DNA of 64,000 nt from NCBI GenBank assembly GCA_001777665.1, contig MFEQ01000005.1:13673-77672 (forward strand), in the 5' to 3' direction. The notes beneath the pieces are model-generated. The model made no database searches. It had not been told where the DNA came from and saw only the letters and a program-made list of their open reading frames with translations. The stretch is from Candidatus Doudnabacteria bacterium RIFCSPHIGHO2_02_FULL_42_25 (GTDB lineage Bacteria > Patescibacteriota > Doudnabacteria > UBA920 > O2-02-FULL-48-8). This document shows positions 56,217-64,000 of this stretch, in pieces (the stretch's first letter is position 1; each line of letters starts with the position of its first letter). Made by a program: the position numbers and the translations under genes.

Positions 56217-57113
56217 TTATGCTCTGCGTTTCAAATCCCATTTATGCCAGATCAAAAGAATGGGACTGGCGATAAAAATCGAAGAGTAAGTTCCGGCCAC
56301 GATTCCGATCAGTAATGCCAGCACAAAATATCGAATCGTTTCTCCACCGAATAATAAAAGTGCTAAGAGAACGAACACAACAGTGGCAGATGTGTTAATT
56401 GATCGAACGATAGTTTGATTGATACTGTTTTCTATGATTTCAGCGAGTGGTTGTCCTGCACGGGTGCGGAGATTTTCTCGGATTCGGTCAAAGACGACGA
56501 TGGTGTCGTGGACTGAAAATCCTAAGACCGTAAGCATAGCTGTGACGAATAATCCATCAATTTCAACTCCAGCAAATTTACCTAATATTGCAAACACGCC
56601 TAGGACAATGACCAAATCGTGGAGCAGCGCTACAATCGCGGCAAATCCAAATCGCCAGGAAGAAACTGGCCTGGTGACTTTACGGAATGCGTAGGCGATA
56701 TATAGAATAATCCCCAATGAAACCAAACCTAGCTGGATAAATGCGCCAGAACGCAATTCTTTCCCAATAACCGGCCCAATCGAGGTGTATTGTTCCTCGG
56801 TCACAGTGCCGAATTTATCATTTATAACCTTCAGCAACCGGTCGTGCTCTTCTTTTTCTTGTGGACCGGTTCGGATGATTACAGATTTATCCCCTGCTGG
56901 CTGAACCGTGGCATCGCTAAAATTTTGTAGGTGCAACTCTGTCCGGATCTCGTTGATTAGTGGGCGCTCGGCAAATCCAACTTGTGTTAATGATCCGCCT
57001 TTAAAATCTATGCCGAGGTTTAATCCAAAAGCTGACAGTGCGACAACCCCTGCCAAAAATAAAACCAGCGATATCCCCATCCAAAATTTGTAGTATTTGA
57101 TAATATTAAACAT
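56217..57113 (-). CDS. secF: Protein translocase subunit SecF
   Basis: 6-TM SecF with conserved SecD/F motifs. Downstream of secD. Confidence 0.9.
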   Translation of the reverse strand: MFNIIKYYKFWMGISLVLFLAGVVALSAFGLNLGIDFKGGSLTQVGFAERPLINEIRTELHLQNFSDATVQPAGDKSVIIRTGPQEKEEHDRLLKVINDKFGTVTEEQYTSIGPVIGKELRSGAFIQLGLVSLGIILYIAYAFRKVTRPVSSWRFGFAAIVALLHDLVIVLGVFAILGKFAGVEIDGLFVTAMLTVLGFSVHDTIVVFDRIRENLRTRAGQPLAEIIENSINQTIVRSINTSATVVFVLLALLLFGGETIRYFVLALLIGIVAGTYSSIFIASPILLIWHKWDLKRRA

Positions 57114-57134
57114 CCCAGTATATCAACTTCGATA

Positions 57135-57170
57135 ATGGTTTTTGAGTTCGCTTTTGCGAATAAAAACCAT
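57135..57170. promoter_or_regulatory. Long two-tier hairpin between secD and secF (ATGGTTTTT...AAAAACCAT with inner TTCGC/GCGAA)
   Basis: 9-bp outer stem plus 5-bp inner stem in the 152-nt secD-secF spacer. Confidence 0.25.
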
Positions 57171-57265
57171 GTTTAAATTTATTATTTTCTAAAATCATCG
57201 ATTTAAGATTAATTTTATCAAAAACCATTAACAGCAAAAGCATTGAAGTTGTATTACTGGGCATT

Positions 57266-58609
57266 TTACTTCTTCTCCTCTGACATGCTTTTTATTCCAT
57301 ATAGCCAGTGATGGACCAAGAAGTTATGACCAACCAGCAGTCTCAAAAAAGTTCGGGTAACAGTGATAGCCGTAAACATTGAAATCAGAATGCCTAATGC
57401 CAGTGTAATAGCAAATCCACGAATAATACTGGTGCCGAAATATGCGAGGATAAAAGTTGTGATCAAACTGGAAAAGTTCGAATCCCGAACTGATAGCCAC
57501 GCTCTGGTAAATCCGTCTTCCACGGCTTGCTGCAGGGTTTTACCTTTTCGCAATTCTTCTTTCATACGTTCAAAAATCAAAATATTGGCATCGACTGCCA
57601 TTCCGATCGAGAGGATAAATCCTGCAATTCCAGCAAGCGTTAAGGTTATGCCAAATATTTTAAAAATCGCTAAAGCCAAAAAAGTATAAATTGACAAGGC
57701 AATGACAGCGAGTAGTCCTGGTAATCGGTAGTAAATAATCATGAACAGTGCCACAATTGCAAAGCCGATCAAGCCTGCGGCCACACTTTTTTGCACTGAT
57801 TGCGCGCCCAGTGTCGCGCCAACGTTTTGTTGCGAGATCAGTTTGATGGGCACAGGCAGAGCACCGGAATTAAATCTAGTTACCAATTCCTTTGCTTCTG
57901 GAACTGTAAACCCACCCGTGATTACGGCTTCACCATTAGTGATGGCTTGGTTAACCGTAGGTGCTGAAAGAATTTCACCATCCAAGAAAATTGCTACTCG
58001 TTTCCCGACATTTCTCGAAGTGATTTCAGAAAATAACTTTGTTCCTTCGGCGTCAAACTGCAAGGAAATTTGGGGGACACCAGTTTGTGGGTTGAAAGTT
58101 AGTACCGCTCTTTTGAACTGTTTACCAGTAAGCCCTGTGGCCATGTATAGATCAGTTGGATTCACAGAAACTTTCCCTTCAGCGTCTGGAGTTAGGGTTG
58201 GGTTAGGGTTTTCTTCACGAAATTCCAAAAACGGAGTTTGACCTATCAACGAAATTGCTTCATTGATGTCCTTCACTCCTGGGAGCTCGATTATAATTCT
58301 GTTGGATCCTGAGACTTGAACCAAGGGTTCGGAAACCCCGAAAGCATTGACTCGACGTTCAATAACATCCCGAGCAGAAGCCATAGCATCAGACTGGGCA
58401 TCACTAGGGATGTCTTTCAGGTCACCTTCATAAACCAAATGTGTGCCGCCTTGCAAATCCAATCCCAGCTTCAAATCAAACGGCTTTTCGTAGTTGATTT
58501 TGATCGGCTTGAGATTGATTTTGCTGCCTTGGGGAATGACCAAATAAACCGCACCAGCGGCTACCAGTACAATCAATAAGAATTTAAAATATAATCTCGA
58601 TTTTCTCAT
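57266..58609 (-). CDS. secD: Protein translocase subunit SecD
   Basis: Large periplasmic domain plus 6 TM, and SecD motifs. Confidence 0.9.
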   Translation of the reverse strand: MRKSRLYFKFLLIVLVAAGAVYLVIPQGSKINLKPIKINYEKPFDLKLGLDLQGGTHLVYEGDLKDIPSDAQSDAMASARDVIERRVNAFGVSEPLVQVSGSNRIIIELPGVKDINEAISLIGQTPFLEFREENPNPTLTPDAEGKVSVNPTDLYMATGLTGKQFKRAVLTFNPQTGVPQISLQFDAEGTKLFSEITSRNVGKRVAIFLDGEILSAPTVNQAITNGEAVITGGFTVPEAKELVTRFNSGALPVPIKLISQQNVGATLGAQSVQKSVAAGLIGFAIVALFMIIYYRLPGLLAVIALSIYTFLALAIFKIFGITLTLAGIAGFILSIGMAVDANILIFERMKEELRKGKTLQQAVEDGFTRAWLSVRDSNFSSLITTFILAYFGTSIIRGFAITLALGILISMFTAITVTRTFLRLLVGHNFLVHHWLYGIKSMSEEKK

Positions 58610-58655
58610 TTGGGCAAATAAAAACGAGGTATTCCTCGCTTATTATTATACTAAA

Positions 58656-59816
58656 TTATTGAAAAGTTGTATAGTAACTCGCCACTGTGCTATAACAAGT
58701 TTCCTGAAGATTGGCTTCAATCGAGGCGCAAAGCTCTTTGGCTTGGACATCAGAGTGATGATACGAAACAAAATCTTTCACCGCCCCGATAATACAATTC
58801 AGGCGTTGGTTTTCGTCTTTACCGAGCTCACAGGTCGCTTTGGTTATTTCGACATTGCTAATGCTGCGACCAGAGGCATCCCGTCCCAAACTTTGGTAAC
58901 ATATAACAGCATAATTTCCCACAGTACTGCAAAGCTCAAAAACTTTCGCAAAGTCACCGTTCGTGACTTTGAGCATGTACGAAGTCTGCATCAAATAACA
59001 GGTGGTTTTGTATTTATCGTTTACTGCGGTACAAGGATAGAGCGGTTCTTCAGGTTTCAAATATTTCGTAAAGTGATTTTTGTTATCGATAATCACATTT
59101 TCCATAAATGCGCCGCCATGACATGAAGACTGCTCCCAACTGCCACCTAAATTATCACAAAGTTCCAGTGATTCGAATAATTCGTTTTGAGAAATCGCCA
59201 TGACACCATGACCGAGTCCGTGGACACAGTTGTAGTAATCAAAGCTATAAGATGCTTTGCCAGGAATTGCATTACATATCCCATCCATTTTGCTAGCCAA
59301 TTCTTCGCGCGAAATCCGACCGATAATGCCTTCCATGACACCGTGGTAGTAGCCTGACCAACAAAAACTATCGCCTTTCGAATATGCAGTACCAACACCG
59401 GGATAAATTTCAGTCGCTGCCGTTCCTATGGTATGCGTGATCGGATGACACTGTGATTTGATATACGCGCTTTGATCATAACGAATTTTTAAATCATCAA
59501 AAGCTGCCGTAACACCCTGCCCTTTGACTAGACCCTTGTAATAATCTTCGTAACAGGTAAACGTTTGGGATGCTTCGCGAATACAAGCATCAGACAACGT
59601 TATCGTGGATTTACTACTCTTTAACTGGGAAGCAGAAGGATTAATAATCTCTTCAGCGCTTTGTTTAATCAAATCTTCGACTGAAAGATTCTCGGTACTT
59701 GGCGAATTACTTTGTGTTGATTCATTTGCTGATTTTTTAGAACCCTGCCAATAATATACAGCTCCGGCAAGCAGGATTAAAACCGTTATTCCAATTTGAA
59801 TCTGCTTTTTCCTCAT
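58656..59816 (-). CDS. Secreted Cys-rich hypothetical protein (N-terminal TM anchor, 22 Cys)
   Basis: ORF track. Signal anchor and many paired Cys, suggesting an extracytoplasmic disulfide-rich domain. Confidence 0.5.
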   Translation of the reverse strand: MRKKQIQIGITVLILLAGAVYYWQGSKKSANESTQSNSPSTENLSVEDLIKQSAEEIINPSASQLKSSKSTITLSDACIREASQTFTCYEDYYKGLVKGQGVTAAFDDLKIRYDQSAYIKSQCHPITHTIGTAATEIYPGVGTAYSKGDSFCWSGYYHGVMEGIIGRISREELASKMDGICNAIPGKASYSFDYYNCVHGLGHGVMAISQNELFESLELCDNLGGSWEQSSCHGGAFMENVIIDNKNHFTKYLKPEEPLYPCTAVNDKYKTTCYLMQTSYMLKVTNGDFAKVFELCSTVGNYAVICYQSLGRDASGRSISNVEITKATCELGKDENQRLNCIIGAVKDFVSYHHSDVQAKELCASIEANLQETCYSTVASYYTTFQ

Positions 59817-60871
59817 AGATAATTATGAATCGGCCAGGTTACTATTTCGACAACTCTTTCCAAAAAAGGTCGTCTCTGCCAATCATTTATCTCTATTTGT
59901 CGACAGTGCCGAAGGTTACTCTGAAAAAATTCAGAAACCGCATCGACGAACTGGGAATCAGTGGAGGTGGCATTTGCCTCCATGTTGTAATAAAAACTAA
60001 ATTTATCCAAATTGCTGCTGCCCACAGCCGCCCAATTATCGTCAATTATGGCAGTTTTGGCATGAATAATCGCGTCTTCGTAGCGATAAATCCCGATATT
60101 TGCACGTAAAGCCTTGTGGAAGTACGAGGTCGAGAATCGAACCGGTAAATACTCATCATCTTTGCCTCGCACAATAATTTTAACATCCACTCCGGATCTG
60201 GCCTTATCTAGAATTAACTGGAAAAAATTTCGATCTGGAAAAAAATAGGAAGTCGTCATATAAATACTTTTGTTGGCAGATTTTATATGTTTGCGCAATT
60301 CTTCGTAAAATTCTTTCCGGCCGTAACCACAATAATCGATATGGAGTTGCGGATCATGTGATTTTTTTTCAAATTTTGGTGATTTGAAATATTGTCGGCG
60401 GTGAACATCGGCTTCCAAACTTTCAAAACTCCTTTGAATATCCTCAATAATTGGTTCATCTTCGTACCGAATCATGGTATCTTTAAAAAAAGTGAATTTC
60501 TTTTTGATCCCCAGTCCCCCGATCCAGGCAATTTTTGAATCAATGATCAAAGTTTTTTTGTGTAAATGAAAAAACCAGCTACTGGGTTTAAATGGACTAA
60601 CCGGATTAAAAACTTGAAATTGAATCCCACGATTCATCAACGCCTTCACATATCCGGACCGAAACAACGGATAACTCCCCCATCCATCACAAATAACTCT
60701 AATTTTTACGCCTTCGCGATTTTTCTTATCCAGCAGCTTTAAAAATTTATGACCCACCCGATCATCCCAGAAAGAATATTGCTCAAGCTCGATAGTGGAA
60801 GAGGCTTGAGAAATATCGGCAAGCATACTATCCCAGGTCTCTTTGGTTTCAGAAAATAATTTCCAGCTCAT
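59813..60871 (-). CDS. Phospholipase-D-family protein (cardiolipin synthase-like) with two HKD motifs
   Basis: HLHKKTLIIDSKIAWIGGLGI and IIHAKTAIIDDNWAAVGSSNLD. Confidence 0.75.
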   Translation of the reverse strand: MSWKLFSETKETWDSMLADISQASSTIELEQYSFWDDRVGHKFLKLLDKKNREGVKIRVICDGWGSYPLFRSGYVKALMNRGIQFQVFNPVSPFKPSSWFFHLHKKTLIIDSKIAWIGGLGIKKKFTFFKDTMIRYEDEPIIEDIQRSFESLEADVHRRQYFKSPKFEKKSHDPQLHIDYCGYGRKEFYEELRKHIKSANKSIYMTTSYFFPDRNFFQLILDKARSGVDVKIIVRGKDDEYLPVRFSTSYFHKALRANIGIYRYEDAIIHAKTAIIDDNWAAVGSSNLDKFSFYYNMEANATSTDSQFVDAVSEFFQSNLRHCRQIEINDWQRRPFLERVVEIVTWPIHNYL

Positions 60872-61368
60872 CGTTTTTTAATTTTGACGTTGACTTTTTG
60901 AGGGGCTGTTTTGATTGCTCTGTCCACCAAATCCGAGCTGGAGCTAATCTTGCCGCCGTGACCGACATTGTAAACCATTTTTATCCCATAGCGACGGCAG
61001 ACAGACAAATCTCGATTCAACGAAGAATTTTTATTTCGAGCATCAGCTACAGTTCGGTCTCCACCATTCGCAAAAATATCCGGTTTCAATCGCCTCAATT
61101 CTTCGCTGACGCTCATATCTTCCGGATCATGTTTGTGCTTGGAAATTACCACCTCATCGACATACTTGATCGCGTCGATTACTTCTTTGCGATCTTTCTG
61201 TGACATGAAATTGAATTTCTTTTTTTTGCGGAGCCAGTTGTCGTTGTTCAAAATCACGACAAGCTTATCTCCCAAAGCTTTCGCTTCTTTGAACAATCGA
61301 ATATGACCCGGATGGATCGGATCGAATCCTCCGGACACAACTACCACTATTGGCTTATGATTTTCCAT
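60868..61368 (-). CDS. Cytidylyltransferase-like (TagD/RfaE-II type nucleotidyltransferase)
   Basis: VVVVSGGFDPIHPGHIRLF (HxGH). Confidence 0.7.
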   Translation of the reverse strand: MENHKPIVVVVSGGFDPIHPGHIRLFKEAKALGDKLVVILNNDNWLRKKKKFNFMSQKDRKEVIDAIKYVDEVVISKHKHDPEDMSVSEELRRLKPDIFANGGDRTVADARNKNSSLNRDLSVCRRYGIKMVYNVGHGGKISSSSDLVDRAIKTAPQKVNVKIKKR

Positions 61369-61406
61369 TCGCTAATTATACCACTAAATGGAATGGGTGC
61401 CTAAGC

Positions 61407-61601
61407 TTAATGTTTGGTTTTATGACCGCTATAAGCGAGATACAGAGCTAGTACACCCACAACCCAGGATACGCCGACTGAAATATTGGTATCACCAAAG
61501 GTTACAGGGATATTGTTGAAAGCGCGGTACAAATGAGCTACACCGATTACCAGAAACAGGACAGTGGTAACCATCATGTAGTTATCGTGCTTTAAATGCA
61601 T
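61407..61601 (-). CDS. Small membrane protein (2 TM)
   Basis: ORF track only. Confidence 0.3.
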   Translation of the reverse strand: MHLKHDNYMMVTTVLFLVIGVAHLYRAFNNIPVTFGDTNISVGVSWVVGVLALYLAYSGHKTKH

Positions 61602-61667
61602 ATTTTTGTTAGTTTCTTAAAGTTTTTATCGACCTTTTTTGCTTGTCTATATTATATCACGAAAAAA

Positions 61668-62039
61668 CTACTTCAAGTACTTTTCAATCTCGGTCACAAT
61701 CATTTCAGGAGTTACCGATGTTTTGACGATATAATCCACAGCGCCCAAAGATTTGGCACGGCTAATGTCTTCGGTGCCGGCTAAATTCGACATAACTATA
61801 ATTGGGGTAGTAAATTCTTTACCTTTCAATCTTTCTAAAACATGAAAGCCGTCAAACCAAGGCATGGTTAAATCCAGCAAGACTATGCCGTAGATTTCTC
61901 GCTCCAGAAGGTCGACTGCAACTTGGCCATCCGGCGCAGTCGAAACATCGTAACCTTTGAGTTGAAGTTTGTTCGATAAAACGTCAGTCAGAGCTAAATC
62001 GTCTTCGACAATTAACACCCGTTTTTTACTGTGGATCAT
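61668..62039 (-). CDS. Single-domain response regulator (CheY-like receiver)
   Basis: Acidic pocket VLIVEDD, phospho-acceptor VLLDLTMP and a conserved Lys (VDYIVKT). Confidence 0.8.
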   Translation of the reverse strand: MIHSKKRVLIVEDDLALTDVLSNKLQLKGYDVSTAPDGQVAVDLLEREIYGIVLLDLTMPWFDGFHVLERLKGKEFTTPIIVMSNLAGTEDISRAKSLGAVDYIVKTSVTPEMIVTEIEKYLK

Positions 62040-62070
62040 ATGCCAATATTATGCTATAATTAGCTCTCAT

Positions 62071-62616
62071 ATGCAAGTAATAATATCAGCTCATTTTGAC
62101 ATCGCCAGACCAGTGATGTCTATTAATTTGGATGGTGAAAAGCTGGAAGGTTTGGTAGATAACCTGGCTGGTGTTTTTGTCGCATACCAAGCCTCCAGGA
62201 AAACTGGTGTGCCTGTTTACTTCACGAACTTCGAAGAACTGGAATACGATGGAGCAGAAGCAGTAGCTAATAAACTAGACCCGAAAAACACTATAGTCGT
62301 GGTTGTAGACACCATTAAATTCTCAGATGCCAAAGGCTTTCCTGCCTCAGTTGCCAATGTCTATGATCTGGATTTATCTGAACTCAAGAAAAGTCTAGGT
62401 CATAAAGTTGACTTTATTGATGAACCGTTCGAACCTACAGAAGACGAGACCTGCATCTACGGTAAAAAATATGGATTTAAAGCTTTCTATTTCGGAGTCC
62501 CGATCTCTGGGGACAATTATCACGCCACTGACAACCACGTCTCTCTCAAAGCCATCGACCAATCTACTGAAATTTTAGTCGAGGTAATCACCTGGCTACA
62601 GAAACAAAAGAACTAA
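62071..62616 (+). CDS. Hypothetical protein
   Basis: The track ORF from 61969 overlaps the divergent response regulator. The ATG at 62071 follows a TATAAT at 62055-62060. Confidence 0.35.
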   Translation: MQVIISAHFDIARPVMSINLDGEKLEGLVDNLAGVFVAYQASRKTGVPVYFTNFEELEYDGAEAVANKLDPKNTIVVVVDTIKFSDAKGFPASVANVYDLDLSELKKSLGHKVDFIDEPFEPTEDETCIYGKKYGFKAFYFGVPISGDNYHATDNHVSLKAIDQSTEILVEVITWLQKQKN

Positions 62617-62797
62617 CCCGCAGTTAACCTCCGTCATCCCGGACCCTTTCGTCATCCTGAACTTGATTCAGGATCCATTTCTATAACTAATACTCAAGTT
62701 TTATTTATTAGGCTGCAAGTTTCTCTCTTTCCGTGACTGGCTGGGGTTGATCTTTGACAATTTTACTGCTAAACTCTCCTAGTCACGGAGGACCTCA

Positions 62798-62911
62798 ATG
62801 CGCAACTCACTCAGCTTCCTGCTCGGTGCAGTAGTCTGTCTAGCGATGTGCGGAATCTTCTCGATTCCCCAAGTCATCTGGCGGAGAACATCCCGCCTGG
62901 CTACGGCATAA
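62798..62911 (+). CDS. Small hydrophobic peptide (37 aa), GC-rich, with a GGAGGA RBS and its own terminator
   Basis: MRNSLSFLLGAVVCLAMCGIFSIPQVIWRRTSRLATA. SD 7 nt upstream. Below the ORF-track size cut-off. Confidence 0.35.
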   Translation: MRNSLSFLLGAVVCLAMCGIFSIPQVIWRRTSRLATA

Positions 62912-62925
62912 TCATCGATGACTTT

Positions 62926-62958
62926 GGTTCACCCCTCACAAGGTGAACCTCTTTTTTT
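62926..62958 (+). terminator. Rho-independent terminator (GGTTCACC-N8-GGTGAACC + T7)
   Basis: Perfect 8-bp stem followed by TCTTTTTTT. Confidence 0.55.
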
Positions 62959-62977
62959 ATATTCAAAAAAAACCGGA

Positions 62978-63012
62978 AACGAGACTAAGTGGTGGTCTCG
63001 TTTCCGAGGTCG
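62978..63012 (-). terminator. Rho-independent terminator for the minus-strand genes (12-bp perfect stem CGGAAACGAGAC/GTCTCGTTTCCG with T8 on the minus strand)
   Basis: The plus-strand A8 run 62969-62977 precedes the stem. Confidence 0.55.
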
Positions 63013-63094
63013 TCGAACGCCAAACGACTAGGAGTTGGCTTCGCCCGCCTTGGCTTCATTTGCTCCGATTCGGAGCGAGCGGAGAAAAGTCCTG

Positions 63095-63340
63095 TCATTG
63101 GTCGTGAGCTCGAACGTCTTCCGCGCCGGGAGAAGTCGTGCGGGCGTGGTAATTTTCGTCACAGCAGCTTGAGTATTCGTGTTGACGAAACCCACAACGG
63201 CTTCGAGCGTGACGCATGTCGTATCCAGCCTCGCGCGCGTTCGCACGACATGCTTCCACTTGCGGACTTTCCGCGACCGCTGCAGAAATAGCTTCCGCAA
63301 GCTCCTTTGCAAATCTATCGACGAATTCATTCATGGCCAT
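63095..63340 (-). CDS. Hypothetical small protein, GC-rich; exact frame uncertain (alternative ORF 63028..63330)
   Basis: The N-terminus MAMNEFVDRFAKELAEAISAAVAES looks protein-like. The C-terminal part is low-complexity, so a frameshift into the overlapping ORF is possible. Confidence 0.3.
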   Translation of the reverse strand: MAMNEFVDRFAKELAEAISAAVAESPQVEACRANAREAGYDMRHARSRCGFRQHEYSSCCDENYHARTTSPGAEDVRAHDQ

Positions 63341-63387
63341 CCCCCTTGGGTAACGTGTGTCTAAATTATAGCAATTAAAAATGAAGA

Positions 63388-63416
63388 AAGGCCAACCGCT
63401 TGCGCAGTTGGCCTTT
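63388..63416 (-). terminator. Terminator of the 63424..63843 gene (AGGCCAAC-N11-GTTGGCCT with T-rich tract on the minus strand)
   Basis: 8-bp perfect stem 8 nt downstream of the stop. Confidence 0.5.
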
Positions 63417-63423
63417 CACGAAC

Positions 63424-63843
63424 TTACACGATCGTCGGGATTCGTCCGACCCAGAGCTCCGTTCCACACAGTTTGCAGAATGTCTCGGTCTGACTTACCC
63501 AACGCGCCTCAGCTGGCCCTTCGCATTTCGGGCAGCGGACTTGGCGTTGCGCGCTAATCTGGCCTTCACCAGTTGCCTTGCGCAACCACCCCTGCACGTG
63601 TATCCACGTACCACCTGCCGGGATCATAAACCCCTTGAAATGCCATCGTTCACCGTCGGGGTCTTTCCGAGCCGAGTTCTCGATGAGAAGCCTAATCGGT
63701 TGGCTGCGTGATCCGTGAATAATTACTGCACGGACCTGTTGCCGATTATGTCTATCACCTTGTTCATGCGAGTCATGGAATGCTGCAAACCCGTCTCTCA
63801 GTACAAGGCGATGCGCGATGACACCTGGCTTAAAGTTCGCCAC
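63424..63843 (-). CDS. Hypothetical protein with a C-terminal CxxC...CxxC zinc ribbon; GTG start with a GGAGGAAG RBS; about 58% GC
   Basis: ORF track. VRCPKCEGPAEARWVSQTETFCKLCGTE. Strong consensus promoter and operator upstream. Confidence 0.45.
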   Translation of the reverse strand: MANFKPGVIAHRLVLRDGFAAFHDSHEQGDRHNRQQVRAVIIHGSRSQPIRLLIENSARKDPDGERWHFKGFMIPAGGTWIHVQGWLRKATGEGQISAQRQVRCPKCEGPAEARWVSQTETFCKLCGTELWVGRIPTIV

Positions 63844-63860
63844 GACTTCCTCCGTCTAAG

Positions 63861-63870
63861 GTCCTAGGAC
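63861..63870. promoter_or_regulatory. Perfect 10-bp palindrome GTCCTAGGAC between the promoter and the RBS (candidate operator)
   Basis: Self-complementary 10-mer nested in GGTCCT-N10-AGGACC. Confidence 0.25.
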
Positions 63871-63944
63871 GCTGCAGGACCAATACAGCCTTCAACCCCC
63901 TTTCGGGAATTGGACCTGCGCATGCAGGGATTACGAACAACACA

Positions 63945-63972
63945 GTGTACACGAAAACAGCCATTTTGTCAA
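63945..63972 (-). promoter_or_regulatory. Near-consensus sigma-70 promoter (TTGACA -17 nt- TACACT) driving the GC-rich terminal segment
   Basis: Reverse complement of 63945-63972 reads TTGACAaaatggctgttttcgtgTACACT. Confidence 0.5.
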
Positions 63973-64000
63973 TGGCTTGTACAGTTAACACCATACGGTT

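Noticed and set aside
62989-63330. Overlapping ORFs 62989..63291 (+) and 63028..63330 (-) in the GC-rich terminal segment
   Set aside because: High GC creates long ORFs in several frames. Only the frame with a helical, protein-like N-terminus (63095..63340) was kept, at low confidence.
1-64000. Searched for a CRISPR array, a reverse transcriptase with template/variable repeats, rRNA, and other tRNAs
   Set aside because: No regularly spaced direct repeats, no YxDD-type RT motifs and no rRNA-like conserved stretches. Only one tRNA (Gln) was found by eye. Additional small RNAs cannot be excluded without covariance-model tools.

Overview
This 64 kb window comes from a compact bacterial genome with moderately AT-rich core genes (about 40-46% GC). 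Genes are tightly packed, often overlap by a few bases and mostly lack Shine-Dalgarno sequences. Many encode small secreted or membrane hypothetical proteins, which fits a CPR/Patescibacteria-like streamlined bacterium (inference). Core content is secE-nusG-rplK-rplA (not followed by rplJ-rplL); a dTMP/dTTP cluster (dcd-tmk-CYTH-HIT-thyA-Nudix-folA-HD-HAD); prfB with the canonical programmed +1 frameshift, so UGA is a stop; ftsE-ftsX; rplI; pyrG; rpmA; a cysteine desulfurase; gltX; def-fmt; murI; a DEAD-box helicase; tRNA-Gln(CUG); an H+-pyrophosphatase; mnmA; secD-secF; a PLD-type cardiolipin-synthase-like gene; and a CheY-like receiver. Unusual content: (1) at least nine short GC-rich (50-60%) islets carrying orphan genes, most with strong AGGAGG ribosome-binding sites. 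They include an AlkB-like dioxygenase sitting where rplJL would be, purE plus a Cys-rich peptide, zinc-ribbon proteins and secreted proteins; one islet lies between mnmA and a degraded duplicate of the mnmA 3' end. (2) A free-standing LAGLIDADG homing-endonuclease gene broken by one frameshift. (3) A family of GC-rich, hairpin-forming intergenic repeats (three copies) and a GC-rich palindromic in-frame insertion inside mnmA. (4) A three-gene module: a sigma-70 region-4 / winged-helix protein, a membrane-anchored protein and a VirD4/HerA-class P-loop ATPase. (5) A minimal nucleotidyltransferase next to a SLOG-like Rossmann protein. No rRNA, CRISPR array or reverse transcriptase was seen. Coordinates of hairpins and promoters were read by eye and may be off by 1-2 nt.
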